A stretch of DNA of 64,000 nt from Octopus bimaculoides. Taxonomy: Eukaryota. A model generated the notes under the pieces. It had not been told where the DNA came from. It did not search any database and saw nothing but the letters and a program-made list of their open reading frames with translations. The stretch is from the NCBI RefSeq assembly GCF_001194135.2, contig NC_069003.1:37356265-37420264 (forward strand), written 5' to 3'. The stretch's first letter is position 1, and each line of letters begins with the position of its first letter. Below, piece after piece: positions 63,418-64,000 of the stretch. The translations under genes and the position numbers were made by a program.

Positions 63418-63695
63418 TATATATATATATATATATATATATATGTCTATATATATATATATATATGTCTATATATATAGGTGTGTGTATGTCTCTCTCT
63501 CTCTCTCTCTNNNNNNNNNNNNNNNNNNNNNNNNNNNNNNNNNNNNNNNNNNNNNNNNNNNNNNNNNNNNNNNNNNNNNNNNNNNNNNNNNNNNNNNNNN
63601 NNNNNNNNNNNNNNNNNNNNNNNNNNNNNNNNNNNNNNNNNNNNNTATATATATATATATATATATATATGTCTATATATATAGGTGTGTGTATG

Positions 63696-63742
<47 letters not shown>

Positions 63743-63765
63743 GTCTATATATATAGGTGTGTATG

Positions 63766-63798
<33 letters not shown>

Positions 63799-63823
63799 GT
63801 CTATATATATAGGTGTGTGTATG

Positions 63824-63860
<37 letters not shown>

Positions 63861-63910
63861 GTCTATATATATAGGTGTGTGTATGTCTCTCTCTCTCTCT
63901 ATATATATAT
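63418..63910. repeat. Compound microsatellite unit of about 55-62 bp [(TA)n-tgtc-(TA)n-ggtgtgtgtatg-(TC)n] repeated at least 5 times, including gap 63511-63645
   Basis: Direct reading of the repeated units on both sides of the gap. Confidence 0.9.
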
Positions 63911-64000
63911 GGCTGTATGTATCTGTCTGTCTGTCTATCTATCTATATAAATATATATACATTATTATATCAACGGCTATTACTATAAGTAATGCTTCAT

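Overview
AT-rich, microsatellite-laden, repeat-dense eukaryotic (animal) DNA with five assembly gaps. The SINE/RTE repeat families look cephalopod (Octopus-like); this is recognised from memory, not database-checked. Almost all ORFs in the supplied track are spurious microsatellite or repeat read-throughs. Two intron-containing genes can be reconstructed by hand. (1) A minus-strand gene whose long coding exon (905 to <1, about 301 open codons, missing from the ORF track because it runs off the window) joins a short ATG exon at 3046-3010. It encodes a probable signal-peptide-bearing, Ser/Thr/Gln-rich protein of unknown family. (2) A plus-strand ERICH3-like (DUF4590) gene with ten recoverable coding exons from 47341 to 63288, continuing beyond the window. 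It carries an unusual TNDYM pentapeptide repeat and a Cys cluster. Between and within the genes are RTE, CR1/L2, jockey-like and R4/Dong-like LINE remnants, at least four SINE-like families, piggyBac-like MITEs, a palindromic Merlin-like MITE built around an inverted telomeric-repeat core, an inverted pair of U6 snRNA fragments, several long hairpins and tandem arrays. There is no CRISPR array, rRNA or intact tRNA gene. I found no clear new multi-gene system; the most unusual signals are structural (foldback elements, U6 inversion) and the divergent ERICH3-like protein.
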